Of a stretch of 64,000 nt of DNA, positions 22,421-35,584 are shown piece by piece. Origin of the DNA: Lingula anatina (lineage: Eukaryota > Animalia > Brachiopoda); NCBI GenBank assembly GCA_051362555.1, contig CM120645.1, positions 23,464,934-23,528,933 on the forward strand, given 5' to 3'. The notes beneath the pieces are model-generated. The model was not told the origin of the DNA and searched no databases. It saw only the letters and a list, made by a program, of their open reading frames with translations. The position numbers and the translations under genes are program-made. Positions within the stretch are counted from its first letter, which is position 1. The number at the start of each line of letters is the position of its first letter.

Positions 22421-24822
22421 TTTTTAGCGTATGGCATTTTTGTAAGAATAGCAGACATAATTTGAGCAAAAAAGTCCACACTCCGCCCAACTGCCTCGTA
22501 TTCGTGATACACGTAAACCCAGATCTAATAACAGTCTTTTCCACAGACATTGGTTATATGGCTAATAATAGTTTTAAAGGTTATTTGATGATCGAAATTA
22601 TTCTGCTGTACTGAAACACTTGGCTTAGGGATCCAAAGACAACATATAGTGAAGTATTATCATTTTTTCTTTTTTTTCCAGCTCCCTTACTGGATAGATG
22701 GCGACACTAGACTTGCGCAGAGCCACGCCATTATAAGACATCTGGCAAGAAAATATAATATGTGTCAGTATTTTTTATTTAAATTTTTAAGCGTCTTAAA
22801 ACTTTTTAACTTTTCAGTCAATCTTTGAAAACTTCTGATGGAATTATTGACGAGAAACTGTGGTATTTTATTTAAAGAAGGACCTTAGTCTGGAGAGACA
22901 GGGATGGTGGTCCTAGGAATAGAATTGAAGTCCGGGGTCCTGTATGATTAGTACTGGTCAGGTAATAGGGCGAATGCCACCTGTACAAGGCAATGAGAAG
23001 CGCGGACTACAGTTCTCAAGGGACCACCATTCCTGTCACACCGCTCACTAGTATGTCGGCTCCCCTTACCTCCTTATCCGCCTATAGAATCACCTGTACA
23101 TTCAGTTCTTGGCTAGAGAACTTTATCCAGGTACACCTGTGCACTTCCAAAGGTTTTTCAACTTGGAAATCCGAGGGCTGTTTAACAAAACGACCGACGA
23201 TTTTTTTATTTTGTTTTGTTTTGTTTTGATTTGTTTTGGCAGTGTTCGGACTTCTTAATTTGGATATTTTACTACCTTAAGTCGATATGGAATCTGAGAA
23301 ATCTTTCAAACTTTGATGGTATAATATTGGCGATTTTGTTGTCACAATAAAAAAAGAGAAAACCACGTTGAGTTAATATGGACATGTTGATGTTTTCAGG
23401 TCCCAAGTCAGAGGCAGAGACAATAAGATGTGACGTCATCGATTATCAAGTAAACGATTTTACGTGGGATTTAATTTACGTCTGTTACAATGACTTCTTT
23501 AAAATGGGGAATTACGTAAGTATTTCTCACAATTCCCCAGCCGTTTTAAAGATAACATTGACAAACACACCGATTTTATAATTGATTTTTTTTTGTAAAT
23601 TAATCACTGAATCTCAATCTACCATGTTTCAAATAAAAGCAATGTTCAGACCCAGAGCCAGAAAGTGGCACATCAGTCATTGCGTTAGCGAAGACATTAT
23701 CAACAAAAGGCATTATTTTCAGCACCACGCATATGCTTCTTTAAACTACATGTATGATTGATAACCAAAGGTGTAATATCCATTTTATAAAGAGCTTTCT
23801 TTCACCTCATTTCCATAGATTTTTAGATCGATCTATCCCTGTGGGGTGTCTCACTAGATTACTGTCAGCTTGGTCGGCTAAAGCGTCTGTCACGCCTACT
23901 AAAAGCTGTAAGGGGGTAATTAACTATGGTGCCCGCTCGGCTGACTGCAATTTAGCGTGAACCCCCAGGTAGTTAGGTCGATCTAAATCTTAATCTTTAG
24001 ATCGATCTAAATCTCTGGGAAAGCACCCTTTATCTAACAGGAACAAAGAAGAATTGAGTACCTGGATAAACTGCCGAGCAAGTTGAAGCAATACTCGGAT
24101 TTTCTGGGAGATTTTCCTTGGTTTGCTGGAAATAATGTAAGTGGAATTAAGAGAGAAAATGATAATTCGAAAATTAAATGTTTTAAAGGGGTGTTAAAAG
24201 CCTGGACACTGTAGGGTTTTTATAAACGTTTGCTAGTTTGTTCTGGTTTATAAAAATTACAAATTATTATGATTTATATCAAATATATTATTATACCGTT
24301 ATACTTTGATCAACATAAACCATAAATCGAGAAAGGCACATATATACCGTCATTCAATTCTACATTTTTGAATACTGCATTTTTTTCGTAATTTTAAGTT
24401 ATCTTTTTGTCCCCCAGCTTACCTATGTGGATTTCATGGCATATGAGATATTTGAAACCCACCGTGCATTTGCTCCTGGCTGCCTGGATGGCTTCCAGAA
24501 CCTAACAGATTATATGGACAGATTTGAGGTACACGTGCATATACATCAGACCATGACAATAATCCAATTAAATCACTTTTTATTCCAGGTAATAAGCTAC
24601 AGGTATATTTTCTTTAAAATAGAGATTAAGTTATAATCAATCATTGGCATTTTCTTTGGGTCCTAAGTGATTGTGTTTTAAAGCTTTTATCCAGATATAT
24701 ATGTTTGTTAACATATAATACTAATTTCCCAGGCACTTCCTGCAATTCGGAAATACATGCAGTCGGAAGAGTTCACCAAGAAGCCATATTTTAATAAGTT
24801 CGCTAATTGGCGGGGAGACTGA
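20441..24822 (+). CDS. GSTM: Mu-class glutathione S-transferase, intact, 8 exons
   Basis: Exons 20441-20476 ([12 protein letters not shown]), 21615-21690 ([11 protein letters not shown]...), 21975-22039 (Mu loop ...FPN), 22682-22763 ([17 protein letters not shown]), 23400-23515, 24041-24136 (...[12 protein letters not shown]), 24418-24528 ([10 protein letters not shown]) and 24733-24822 (ALPAIRKYM...ANWRGD*). All introns are GT-AG, and the exon layout matches that recalled for vertebrate GSTM genes. Confidence 0.93.
21333..21410. repeat. 14-bp minisatellite (cacatgttggtaa[c/t]) x5.5 in GST intron 1
   Basis: Direct reading of the tandem units. Confidence 0.9.
23803..24028. mobile_element. Harbinger-like MITE (same family as 17172), ending about 12 nt before the GST exon 6 acceptor
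   Basis: Same TIRs and core as the 17172 element. The empty site is visible in the relic at 33829-33848 (gagctttctttatctaacag). Confidence 0.8.
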
Positions 24823-26660
24823 TCTCTCTGTAGGTGACCAATTCATTCTACTGCCAAACACATAGAAGTTGTTAACCTTTGTTTTTTTTAAAAAAAAGGG
24901 TAAAGGCATCATCTTTCGACTTCCGGTTTTTAGAGGTGGTAGCGATACAAGAAAATGTTAGCAACACAACTGACTACATTGAACTTTTTGGGTGAATATT
25001 TTCAGTTCCCGCTTCGCATCCGAGGCCTGTCATTAAAAATATAATAAATAAATAAATAAATAAATAAAAACAAAACAGGGTCCGCCCCTGAGGTTTATGT
25101 TCAGTTCAACTACCACTTGTTACTGTTAGCATTCACTGAGTGACATTGTCATTTTTTCGTTTATTTCCTAACCCAAAAATGTGCTCAAATGTACGTTTTA
25201 TAGGCATGTAATAGATATGTGGTATATTCCTTGGTATATATCATATATATTTTTAGGACGACCCACTCCTAAAATGATGCTTAGACGGTGCCGGGGAAGG
25301 GAGGCGAAGGGGGGGACCTCATATGACATCCTTCCACTTTAAACACTGTACATATACACTTTATGTTTAGTTAATGATACTGCAGCGTAAATTATATGGA
25401 TTTTTTTCTCAGTTTTTATTTTTCTACTCATTATGCATAGTTATTAGCATTTCATTGGGCCCCATGCGCCCCAAGGGCCGATTTTGTAAATGTACGCATT
25501 TGATGCAACTAATACAAACGCAGAACAAAATTAAGTAAGACGCGCCACTGCATTTAATATATCTTTTCTGTGTCTCTGTAGCTGTTTGTTGAAACGGCTG
25601 AAACAGCTGCTGGCGGTATATAATAAAACAGTCTCCTGTAACTGCGTAGAATATAGATCACAGCACAGTGTTTTAGTTTTGAGAAAATAAAATATATACA
25701 GGCCGTTAAGATTATATTCCAACTGCAGTTGTTGTTTGGTATGTGTGATTAACAAGTGCCCCATATTAAAGCCTATCCATATAATTTTGAAAGCTTTTTT
25801 AAAAACGTAAAAGCTTCGACAATCTAAATGGATGCTGGTGTGTTTTATGACACTGTTCACAGACTGGCGGCTTTCATCAACAGTTTTAGTTAAACAGCAG
25901 CCCCTGAGTCCTGAAAACTAGGATTACCAGGCCCTATACCAATCCGTGACCGATAGATCTGACTGAGGATGTCTACTGGTTACCTTAACAAGGTTTATCT
26001 TTTTATCCCTTTTCTAAGATCATTAAAAATGAAACTCTAACAACAAAACTCTTTTTTAGCAATTAGAAGGTAGATAACACATATCCTAAAGTTGTTTTCA
26101 TATAAAACGGATTGGATTTGAGTGCTGCTTTCAGTTATACAATTTCTCGTATATATTTCATCTCTAACATTGATTGTCTTTCTTTCATTTCTTTTCTTTT
26201 TATTTCCATTTATTGTCTTTCTTGACTCATATCCCATTTACATATGGTGACTTTTAAAATGGCAGTGGCACATTTAACCACCATTTTGATTACACTTTGC
26301 TGAAATGGGAGGTGGGTTCGACAGATACCATTGTCATTGAGAGACCCAGTCATGGAGAGACGTCTTAAGTCAGTAATGATTAGAAGTACGGGTTTCAAAG
26401 GGAACTTGAAAGTTGAAGTGCGATTTATGGTGAACTGAGGGATCTCACTCTTTCTCTTTTTCAATATCTCACACGAACAGAAATATTTCAATGAAGTTAT
26501 CTTGACGTAAAAACAGCCCAAGTGCTCTTTCAAAGCAATTTTATTTTTCCCTTATACTCTTTTCCCAACCTTTACAATAATTCCCACTGGTTCAGAATAA
26601 AAACTGAAATCCATAAAGCAAAAAAGATATATTTTAAAACCCCTCTGTATCATAGCCAAA

Positions 26661-27858
26661 CTATGGCAGACAGTACTCGGTACGGTCACAGGCGAAGGTT
26701 ACCACCATTCTGCCATCATTCAGAAATTCGTTTCCGTGCACGTATCGAGGAGAGATCCCACGCGCTACGCCGTCACCGAACTCTGGCCTGGTCAGACTGG
26801 TGACATGCTGATTGTAGACGACGTACGTTCCTTGTGTGACGTCATACCCGGTACGATTAGTGTCTTGGCCCAAGGGGATGGGAATCAGCAGCATTGGCAC
26901 ACGGTGTTCTGCACGGAGCTTAATCTCGCTGTCGAACCCCTTCTGTCCAGGTTTCATATAGTAATATTGTAGCCGTATCATACTTCTTGCCGGGACGACC
27001 ATTCCCTGATTTCGACCCTCCGTTACAGTAAACTCATTTTTGGTTACAATCACCCATGCGTTACTGTAAATGTTGGAGCCGTAATAACGAACTGTAATGT
27101 TGCGTGACTCCGAATCAAGTTTAAAATTAGCAGACATCGGAAGGGTCATGATAAAAAAAGTAAAGTTAACCGCTGCGGTATGGAAAACCACGGGAGCTGG
27201 ATCAACCCCTGACAAGGTATTGTTGCCAACGTCCACGTTGATGCCGTACCAGTCGTTCAAAAACAGTAGGAACTTCCTCCCTTCAGCTGCGATGCTGGCG
27301 TTCGTGTTTAGATCAAAATATCGGTGTATTTTGTACCACTGCTCGCTGGCAAGTGCTTGGCTTCCACCTCGAACCACACTGCCGTGGCTTATCATTGTGT
27401 AGACAGCGCACATTCTTTCTCCCGACACCACCATTGGCAATGCGAAGCAACACAAGAGGGAAAAGAGACGCGGCACCTTAAAAAAGGAACGGAGTCATCC
27501 TTAATGCAACGTCCATAACATGTATGTAGATTATATCTTTAAAAAGTCACGGTATAATTGATAATCACAAGATACCGAACACTCTTGGATTGTCATACAG
27601 CTTATAGAATGAAACTCAATTTACTGGGTTCTCAGGTCCTTAAGCATTAAAAATTTAACTGGATATATCCTTTGGGTTACTAGCCAATGTTTTCAGATAG
27701 AAACAATGCAGACATTGCAATACGGACATTCAAGCAGGACTTAAAGTTTACAAGTTATGTGTACAACACACCAATGAACAAATAAATCAGGTTGTAATGC
27801 TATAAAACGGACATGATATAAGTAAGCAACTGATGACGTTTACTGTTTGACTTACCAT
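26661..27858 (-). CDS. Uncharacterised secreted protein, array copy A (~272 aa)
   Basis: Exon 1 supplies only ATG (27856-27858, followed by GTAAG). Exon 2 spans 26661-27476 after an AAG acceptor. It has a hydrophobic signal peptide and six close paralogues in the window. Confidence 0.88.
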
Positions 27859-27947
27859 GTTTCCAGTCTTCGGCGATTACTGATTACACTCAAATTTACC
27901 CCGGTTTTATCTTCTTGGTACACCTCTTCGGCTGACTAGTGAAAGAC

Positions 27948-27977
27948 AACTGAACAGCGGCGTATTCAAATTATATA
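27948..27977 (-). promoter_or_regulatory. Core promoter (TATA box + Inr) of array copy A, conserved in paralogues
   Basis: The minus strand reads TATATAA-tttgaatacgccgctgt-TCAGTT. Homologous motifs are at ~32992-33021, 37615-37644, 58846-58885 and 63257-63292; TATA is degraded in copies D and E. Confidence 0.7.
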
Positions 27978-28995
27978 CAGTTTAAAAAGGCATTAATGGT
28001 ACCATTACCTTGCAGAGATTTTCATGTTTATTTAACTGTGTATCCCGGATAAGCACAGGTGTCTGTCTATAACGGAAAAGAATTAAGTAACATTAAAATG
28101 AAAATAAACCGACAAACCTCTGTTGATCAAATAGCTGGTAGAAACTCTGGTCAACCAGACACTTTTTCCAACAGCACCAAAATAGCAAAAGAATGTAAGA
28201 AAACAAAAAAGATTGTATTTGACTTCTCAAAGACAGGTCGTATTCCCCCTCCTATTTATATAGAGTTTATACAAATGAATGAGCAGTTGATAGGGTGAAA
28301 TCTATCGTCTTTTAGCGACTTTCTTACCTGGGATGAACAGTAACCATATGTACACTAAACAAGTGAACAACGGCTAGATCGTTTTGCCTAGTCATTACCC
28401 AGGGGCGGATCTAGGATTATTTGAAGGGGGGTCCATGGATGAGGAGCCGACCCTTCTCCCTTCCCCCCTCCCTCCCCCAACACTTGGCGTGGGGTTCGGG
28501 GCCCGCCGAAGGACCCCGAAAAATGTTGGATTTTAGAGGGCGAATGGTGCCATTTGGTACGATTCAGAACTAGTCAAAATTTTAATTTCAAGCGGGGCCC
28601 AGAAACCCTGTTGCTTATTTCTTTAATATGGATAATAAAGACACTGTATGCATGTCACATCAGGTTGGCACTCGTGCCTCACTATGCAACAATCAAAGCA
28701 AAAACTTAGAATTCATTCAAATATAAATATTATGAAATACCATATCAGTCATGCTCTTATCTTGATGCATCCCAAACCGCCAATACCGTGAGATGATATT
28801 AACAAGCTCTCTGTTTTATGGCTGATATTTTTGTATTTGCTCAGCAGCATCTAAGCTCACTGAAATAAAAATATAATCAAAATGTAAGCTACTGGCTTAT
28901 ACCTATTGACTAAAATTGGCCATTGCTTTAGTGAAGACTATCTCTGCAAAACACATTCATTTAGTTTACAATGAATGTATGACTGATAAAAAAGG

Positions 28996-29150
28996 AGCAA
29001 CTCGGATTTTTGGGAGATCTTCCTTGGTTTGTTTGAGATAATGTGAGTGGCATTGAGATAAGGGTTATGTTAAAAGCCCGGCCAATGTAGTGTTTTTTAT
29101 AAACGTTTGCTTGTTAGTCCTGGTTTAAAAAAAAATACAAATTATCATTA
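28996..29150 (+). pseudogene. Orphan, degraded fragment of GST exon 6 and the start of intron 6
   Basis: 'ctcggatttttgggagatcttccttggtttgtttgagataatgtgagtgg...ttttataaacgtttgcttgttagtcctgg' matches 24094-24250. Confidence 0.75.
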
Positions 29151-29159
29151 TTTTTTTTG

Positions 29160-30450
29160 CAACTAACAACAGTGGAATTGTACAAAAATATAATAACAGA
29201 CTACAAAAATAAACTAACAATTAAGAACAAAATTATCTGGGAAATATCATGCACGATCAATGCTACCATCGTGTCTCCTTTGAGCCTCCAACGGGAACCA
29301 GTTACATGTTTGCAGGGTCGCCTTCCAGTGTCAATCCATGAGTGTCATCTCTTTCGGGGTTGACGTGAAATGATCTTCCGTCTTGCTCTTTTCTTAATAT
29401 CGTACAGAGAAGGTTCACGCGTCGGCGCGGACTCCATAATCGCCACAAGGATTTGAGCATGTCCAATACATTGGCACCAAGGACGCAGTTGAGTTTGGAA
29501 GCTGCGATGTCGCTCAAAGGAAGCAGGAAGGAGGCACAAGCATCGCTTTGGTGCCAACGGGGTGCTAGAAATCTGGATGAAAATTTTATGTTGTTCTTCA
29601 AGCCGAATTGAAAGTTTTCTATTCAGTTTTTGTTGTTTGAAATGTTTCCATATCAATCATAAATGGCGGAATTCTTTTTCCCACAAGGTCCTAAACGAAC
29701 AAATCTCATTATCCTTTTGGAGTAAAGTCTTATGACGGGAAGCAAAATCGATTTGAATTCCTCTGCCTTCTCCTGTACTTTGTGACAATGTAAAGCTATC
29801 TTTGCAAAATACCAGGCCTGCCGCAAACTCTCTCGCAAATTCAGTTCAAATTTGCTGCAAATTTGCAGAAGATTTATAGCAAATTTGCAGGAACTTGAAT
29901 AGTTTCTTGCAAACTTACTGCAAACTAAATATGTTCTTGCAAATTTGCTGCTAATTCATTGCTTATTTGCCAAAACGTAAAAACTTTTCTTGCAAACCTG
30001 CTGCAAAGTTAAGTTTTTATTGCAAATTTGTTGAAAATAAGCTGCAGTGCAATTTTTCTTCCAAACTCCTGCAAACTAGTCGCCGCAAACTTTTAATTTG
30101 CTGTAAATTTGCTGCAATTTTTCCACAATAATGCTGTAAACTTTTCGTTTTGCTAAGGCCAGCCTTCCTTCCTTTCCACAGGAAGCGAGTGCGGAAGTTG
30201 GCAACCGGCAAACGTCAACCTTCCGATGATTCGACCAAGCGCCCGTGTAACCCCTCCGACCCCCACCTTCGCAGATCGTGCTAATGAAACGACAATTTAC
30301 CCAGGCTTTCATAGCAGAGCGCGAGCAATTCCCTCTTCGACCGGGATATAGTGACATGTCCACGCATTCGGTGCCGTCATAGTTACACCGTTGGCAAACA
30401 GCATATGTGGCTTTTCGTGTGGATTTATAGGTGCATTTTGTCTTACAGGG
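29160..30450 (-). mobile_element. Truncated DNA-transposon remnant, possibly CACTA/EnSpm-like
   Basis: Absent from the homologous unit at ~25455. It ends in CTTACAGGG (CCCTGTAAG on the minus strand), carries subterminal 'tttgc(t/a)gcaaa' repeats at 29830-30130, and has broken coding-like sequence at 29260-29650. Confidence 0.5.
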
Positions 30451-31399
30451 GCCCTATGCACCCCAAGAACCGATTTTGTAAATGTACGCATTTGATGCAG
30501 CTAAACGCAGAACATATAAGTAAGGCGCACCACTGCATTTGATATTTCTTTTCTATGTCTCCGTAGTTGTTTGTTGAAACGGCTGCAATAACTACTGGTG
30601 GTATATAACAAAATAGTCTCCTGTAACCGCTTAGCATATAGATCACAGCACAGTGTTCTAGTTCTGAGGAAACAAAGTGAATGCAGGCCTTTAAGATTAT
30701 ATTTGAACTGCAGTTGTTGATTGGTAAATGTGACCCATATTCATATAATTAAGAGCTTTTCAAACGTAAAAGCTTCTATAATCTAAATGGTGGCTGGACT
30801 GTTTTATGACACAATTCGTAGAGTGACAGTTTTTATCATCAGTTTAAGTTGAACAGCAACCCCTGAATTCTGAAACCTAGGGTTGCCATGCTGTTTACCA
30901 GTACGAGACCGATACACGTAACTGTGCATGCACACTGGCTATCTTCGCAAGGTTTATTTGGAAGGCTATTTCCATTCCTTAAATTACAACCTTTGAGTTT
31001 TTATCCTTAAGTTCGAATAAAACAAAATTCAAGCAAAAACATCTTTTTAACAATTGGAAGATATATAACACATATCTTTAGGTTGGCGGCGTATTCAAAT
31101 TATATAAATGGTTTGTATTTGGGTTTTGCTTTTAGTTATATAATTTCCCGTATAGATTTCATCTCTAACGATAATTGCCTTTCGTGTCTTATATCCCATT
31201 TTCGGGTAATTTACATTTGATAACTTTAAAAATGGAAGTGGCACACATTACCACCATACTGATAATACTTTGCTAAAATGGAAGGTAAGTTGGACAGATG
31301 TCACATAACCCAGTCATGGAGAGACGCCTCATATTCAGTGTTTATCAGAAATTAAGTTTCAAGGAACTTAAGTATTGAAGTGGACTTTATGAACGGAGA

Positions 31400-31439
<40 letters not shown>

Positions 31440-31625
31440 GAACACAAATATTTCAGTGAAGTTATGTTGACGTAAAAACAGCCCGAGTGCTCTTTCAAAG
31501 CAATTTTATTTTTCCCTTATACCCTTTTCCCAACCTTTTCAATAAATCCCACTGGTACAGAATAAAAACTGGAAACCACGAAACAAAAAAGATATATTCA
31601 AAGAAACGTTTGTATCATAGTCAAA

Positions 31626-32913
31626 CTACGGCAGGCCGTACTCGTCACGGTTACAGGAGAAGGTGACCACCATTCTACCATCATTCAGAAATTTGTTTCC
31701 GTGCACGTATCGAGGAGAGACCCCACGCGCTACGCCGTCACCGAACTCTGGTCTCTTGAGACTGATGACGTGGCGATTGAAGACGGCGTACGTTCCTTGT
31801 GTGACGTCATACCCGGTCAGATTAGTGTGTTGGCCCAAGGGAATGGAAATGAGACGCATTGGGACACGGTCTTCTACACGGAACATAATCTTTCTATCGA
31901 ACCCCTTCTGTCCAGGTTTCATATAGTAATATTGTAGCCGAATCATACTTTTTGCCGGAACGACCATTCCCTGATTTCGACCCTCCGTTACAGTAAACTC
32001 ATTTTTGGTTACAATCAGCCATGCGTTACTGTAAATCTGGCAGCCGTAAAAACGAACTTTGTTGTTGCGTGACTCCGAATTAAGTTTAAAATTAGCAGAC
32101 ATCGGGATAGTCATGATTTTAAAAGTGAAGTCAACCGATGTGGTATCGAAAACCACAGGAGTTGGATCAACCCCTGACAAGGTATCGTTGCCAACGTCCA
32201 CGTCGATGCCGTACCAGTCGTTCAAAAACTGTAGGAACTTCCTCCCTTCAGCTGCGATGCTGGCGTTCGTGTTTATATCAAAATATCGGTGTATTTTGTA
32301 CCACTGCTCGCTGGCAAATCCTTGGCTTCCACCGCGAATCAAACTGCCATGGCTAACCATAGTATAGACAGCGCACATTCTTTCTCCCGCCACCACCATT
32401 GACAGTGCGAAGCAACACAGGATGGAAAAGAGATGCGGCACCTTAAAAAAAAGGAACGGAGTCATCCTTAATGCAACGTCCATAACATGTATGTAGATTA
32501 TATCTTTTAAAAGTCACGGTATAATTGATAATCACAAGATACCGAACACTCTTGGATTGACATACAGCTTATAGAATGAAACTCAATTTACTGGGTTCTT
32601 AGGTCCTTAAAAATCGGTGTCCAATGCCAACGAACACTCCTGGCAATGCTTTATATTTTGTAAGCGTTAAAAATTGAACTGGGTATATCCTTGGATTCTG
32701 TTGCCAATGTTTTCATGGAAACAATGCAGACATTGCAATACTGACCGCCTAACAGGACTAAACGTTGACACCTAAGTATGAGTACAACACACCAATGGAC
32801 AAAGAAATCACCGCGGCCAGTGTTTACGATAGCAAAAACCACTAGGTTGTAATGCCATACAACGGACATGATGATTGAAAGAATATGATAAAGTTTACTG
32901 CTTAACTCACCAT
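31626..32913 (-). CDS. Uncharacterised secreted protein, array copy B
   Basis: ATG exon 32911-32913 (followed by GTGAG). Exon 2 spans 31626-32441 (816 bp) and is open. Confidence 0.88.
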
Positions 32914-33828
32914 AGTCTTCAACTATTGAGATGCTCAAATGTGTCCCTGGCTTTATCTTCTTGGTACACCTCTTCGGTCGACTAAAAAGACAACTGAACA
33001 GCGGCGTATTCAAATTATATACAGTTTAAAAAGGCATTAATGGTACCATTACCTTGCAGCAATTTTCATGTTTATTTAACTGCGGATCCCGTATAAGCAC
33101 AAGGCTGAGGGTCTTTAATGGAAAATCAGATTAAAATGAAAATAAACCAACAATTTGATCAGGAACTACATTATAACTGAATGACCCAAAAAACCGCCGT
33201 TGATTAACTAGCTGGTAGGATCTGGGTGAAACTCTGGACAACCAGAAAATTCGGCCAACAAGGGGTCCGTGGATGGGAAGCCTACCCTTACCCCCTCCCC
33301 GCCCCCAACACTTGGCGTGGGTCCGCCGAAGGACCCCGAAAATTTTGGATTTTAGAGGGCGAAAGGTGCCATTTGGTACGGTTTAGAACTATGATTCAGC
33401 TAGTCAAAGTTCTAATTTCAAGAGGGGCCCAGAACCCCTGTTACCTACTTCTATGCTATGGATAATAAAGACACTGTATGCTTGTCACGTCAGGTTGGCA
33501 CCCGTGCTTTACTATACAAAAATCAAGGCAACAGTTTTGAATTCATTTAAATATTCATATTATGAAATACCATGTCAGGCGAGTTCTTATCATGATGCAC
33601 CCCAAACCACTCAAACAAGCACTCTGTTTTATGGCTGATAGGGTCACTGAAATAAAAATATAATCAAAATTCAAGTAACTGGCTCATACCCAGCGACTGA
33701 ATTTTGCCATTGCTTTAGTGAAGACTATAATCTCTGCAAAACACATTCATTTAGTTCATTCATATTGTTTACAATGAATGTATGATTGATAAAAAAAAGG
33801 TGCAATATCTTCTTTTTATACTTGAATT

Positions 33829-33950
33829 GAGCTTTCTTTATCTAACAGGAAGAAAGAAGAATTGAGTACCTGGATAAACTGCCGAGTGTGTTGAAGCAAT
33901 TCTCGGATTATTTTTGGATATCTTCCTTGGTTTGCTGGGGATAATGTGAG
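33829..33950 (+). pseudogene. Orphan copy of GST exon 6 with both splice sites retained and a +1 frameshift
   Basis: tctaacag|GAAGAAAGAAGAATTGAGTACCTGGATAAACTGCCG...CCTTGGTTTGCTGGGGATAAT|gtgag, compared with 24041-24136. Confidence 0.85.
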
Positions 33951-33952
33951 TA

Positions 33953-34745
33953 CACACACTGGACAATAGAAGTGTCACCCCCTAAATCAGAGTAATAAAA
34001 GAAGGCAGATCTTGGGTAGTTATAATGCCTGATCTACTTATAATATGACTAATGACTAATGAGTATAAAACCGCTATACCATGGAATTGTACAACCGCAG
34101 AACAAATAAGTAAGACACACCACTGCATTTTCTGTGTCTCTGTACAGTAGTTGTTTGTTGAAACAGCCGCAATAACTACTGGCAGTATATAACAAAACAG
34201 TCTCCTGTAACTGCGTAGAATATACACTGTATTACTAACATGTTTGGTGACAGGAATTATCCATTTATTCACCAGGATGACAATGCTCCTTGTCACAGAC
34301 CCAGAGCAGTTGATGATTGGTTTGACCAACAGGGCATTCGCAGGGTGATGTGGCCTGCCCAGAGTCCGGATGCAAACATAACAGAAAATGTGTGGAATGA
34401 TATGTCAAAACTTTTGACAAATGCCCGTCCAACCAGCAGACAAACTCTGTTAGATTCAGTGTTTCATGCTTGGGCCAGCATAAACCCTGAACGCATCAGA
34501 CAATTATTTGAATCCTTGCCTCGCAGACTGGCAGCTATTATTAGGTCACGTGGCTATGCCACTAAGTACTAATTTTAGACTTGAAACTGCATATCTTGGT
34601 AGAATGTATATTTTGTTCTCATTTTGTGTATTTTTGTGAAATTTGATGTTAATAAAATAATACCAGGAGCATATCATTCCACAGTCATTTATCTCCCCCA
34701 AAATATTAGTTCAGTAGGGGTGACACTTCTACTGTCCAGCGTGTG
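33953..34745 (+). mobile_element. Internally deleted Tc1/mariner element with a C-terminal DD34E transposase fragment (ORF 34240-34572)
   Basis: TA-flanked TIRs (CACACACTGGACAATAGAAGTGTCACCCC...GGGGTGACACTTCTACTGTCCAGCGTGTG). The ORF carries HQDDNAPCH, WPAQSPDANITENVW and SLPRRLAAIIRSRGYATKY. Confidence 0.9.
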
Positions 34746-35584
34746 TATATTTGAACTGCAGATGTTGTTTGGTAAATGTGATAAACAAGTGCCCCATATT
34801 AAAGCCTATCCATATGATTTAAAGGTTTTTTGTTTAAACGTCAAAGCCCCGATAATCTAAATGGATGCTGGTCTGTTTTATGACACTGTTCACAGAGAAC
34901 CAGCTTTTTTCAACAGTTTTAGTTGAACAGCAGCCCCTGAATCCTAAAAACTAGGGTTACCAGGCCGTATTCCAGTCCGTGACTGATGGACCTGACTGGG
35001 GATGTGCACTGGTTACCTTAACAAGGTTTATTTGGAAGGCTGTTTCCGTTCCTTAAATTACAACCTTTGACTTTACATCCTTTTCCTAAGATCATTAAAA
35101 ATGAATTCGAACAACCAAACTCTTTTTTAACTATTGGAAAATAGAAAACACATATCTTCAAGTTGTTTCATACAAAATGGATGGGATTTGGGTGTTGCTT
35201 TCAGTTATACAATTTCCCGTATAGACATTTATCGTCTTTTTTGTCTCATATCCCATTTACATATGGTGACTTTGAAAATGGCAGTGTAACATTTTACCAC
35301 CTAGCTGTTTATGCTTTGCTGAAATGGAAAGCGAGTTCGACAGATGTCATTTTCATGGAGAGACCCAGCCATGGATAGACGTCTTAAGTCAGTGCTTATC
35401 AGAAGCACGGGTTTCAAAGGGAACTCGAAAGTTGAAGAGGACTTTATAGTGAGCGGAGGGATGTCACTCTCTCTCTTTCTCATTCTCTCACACGAACAGA
35501 AATATTTCAGTAAAGATATCTTGACGTAAAAACAGCCCAAGTGCTTTTTCAAAGCGATTTTATTTTTCCCTTATACCCTTTTCC

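Noticed and set aside
26736-27402. Recurrent plus-strand ORFs antisense to the array genes and esterase exons
   Set aside because: They are shadows of conserved coding sequence on the opposite strand. Their starts and stops vary between copies and they show no independent motifs.
28400-28610. GC-rich 'caggggcggatctagg...' segments, also at ~12590, ~13680 and ~33260
   Set aside because: This is a dispersed repeat family whose termini and class I could not define reliably, with no coding signal.
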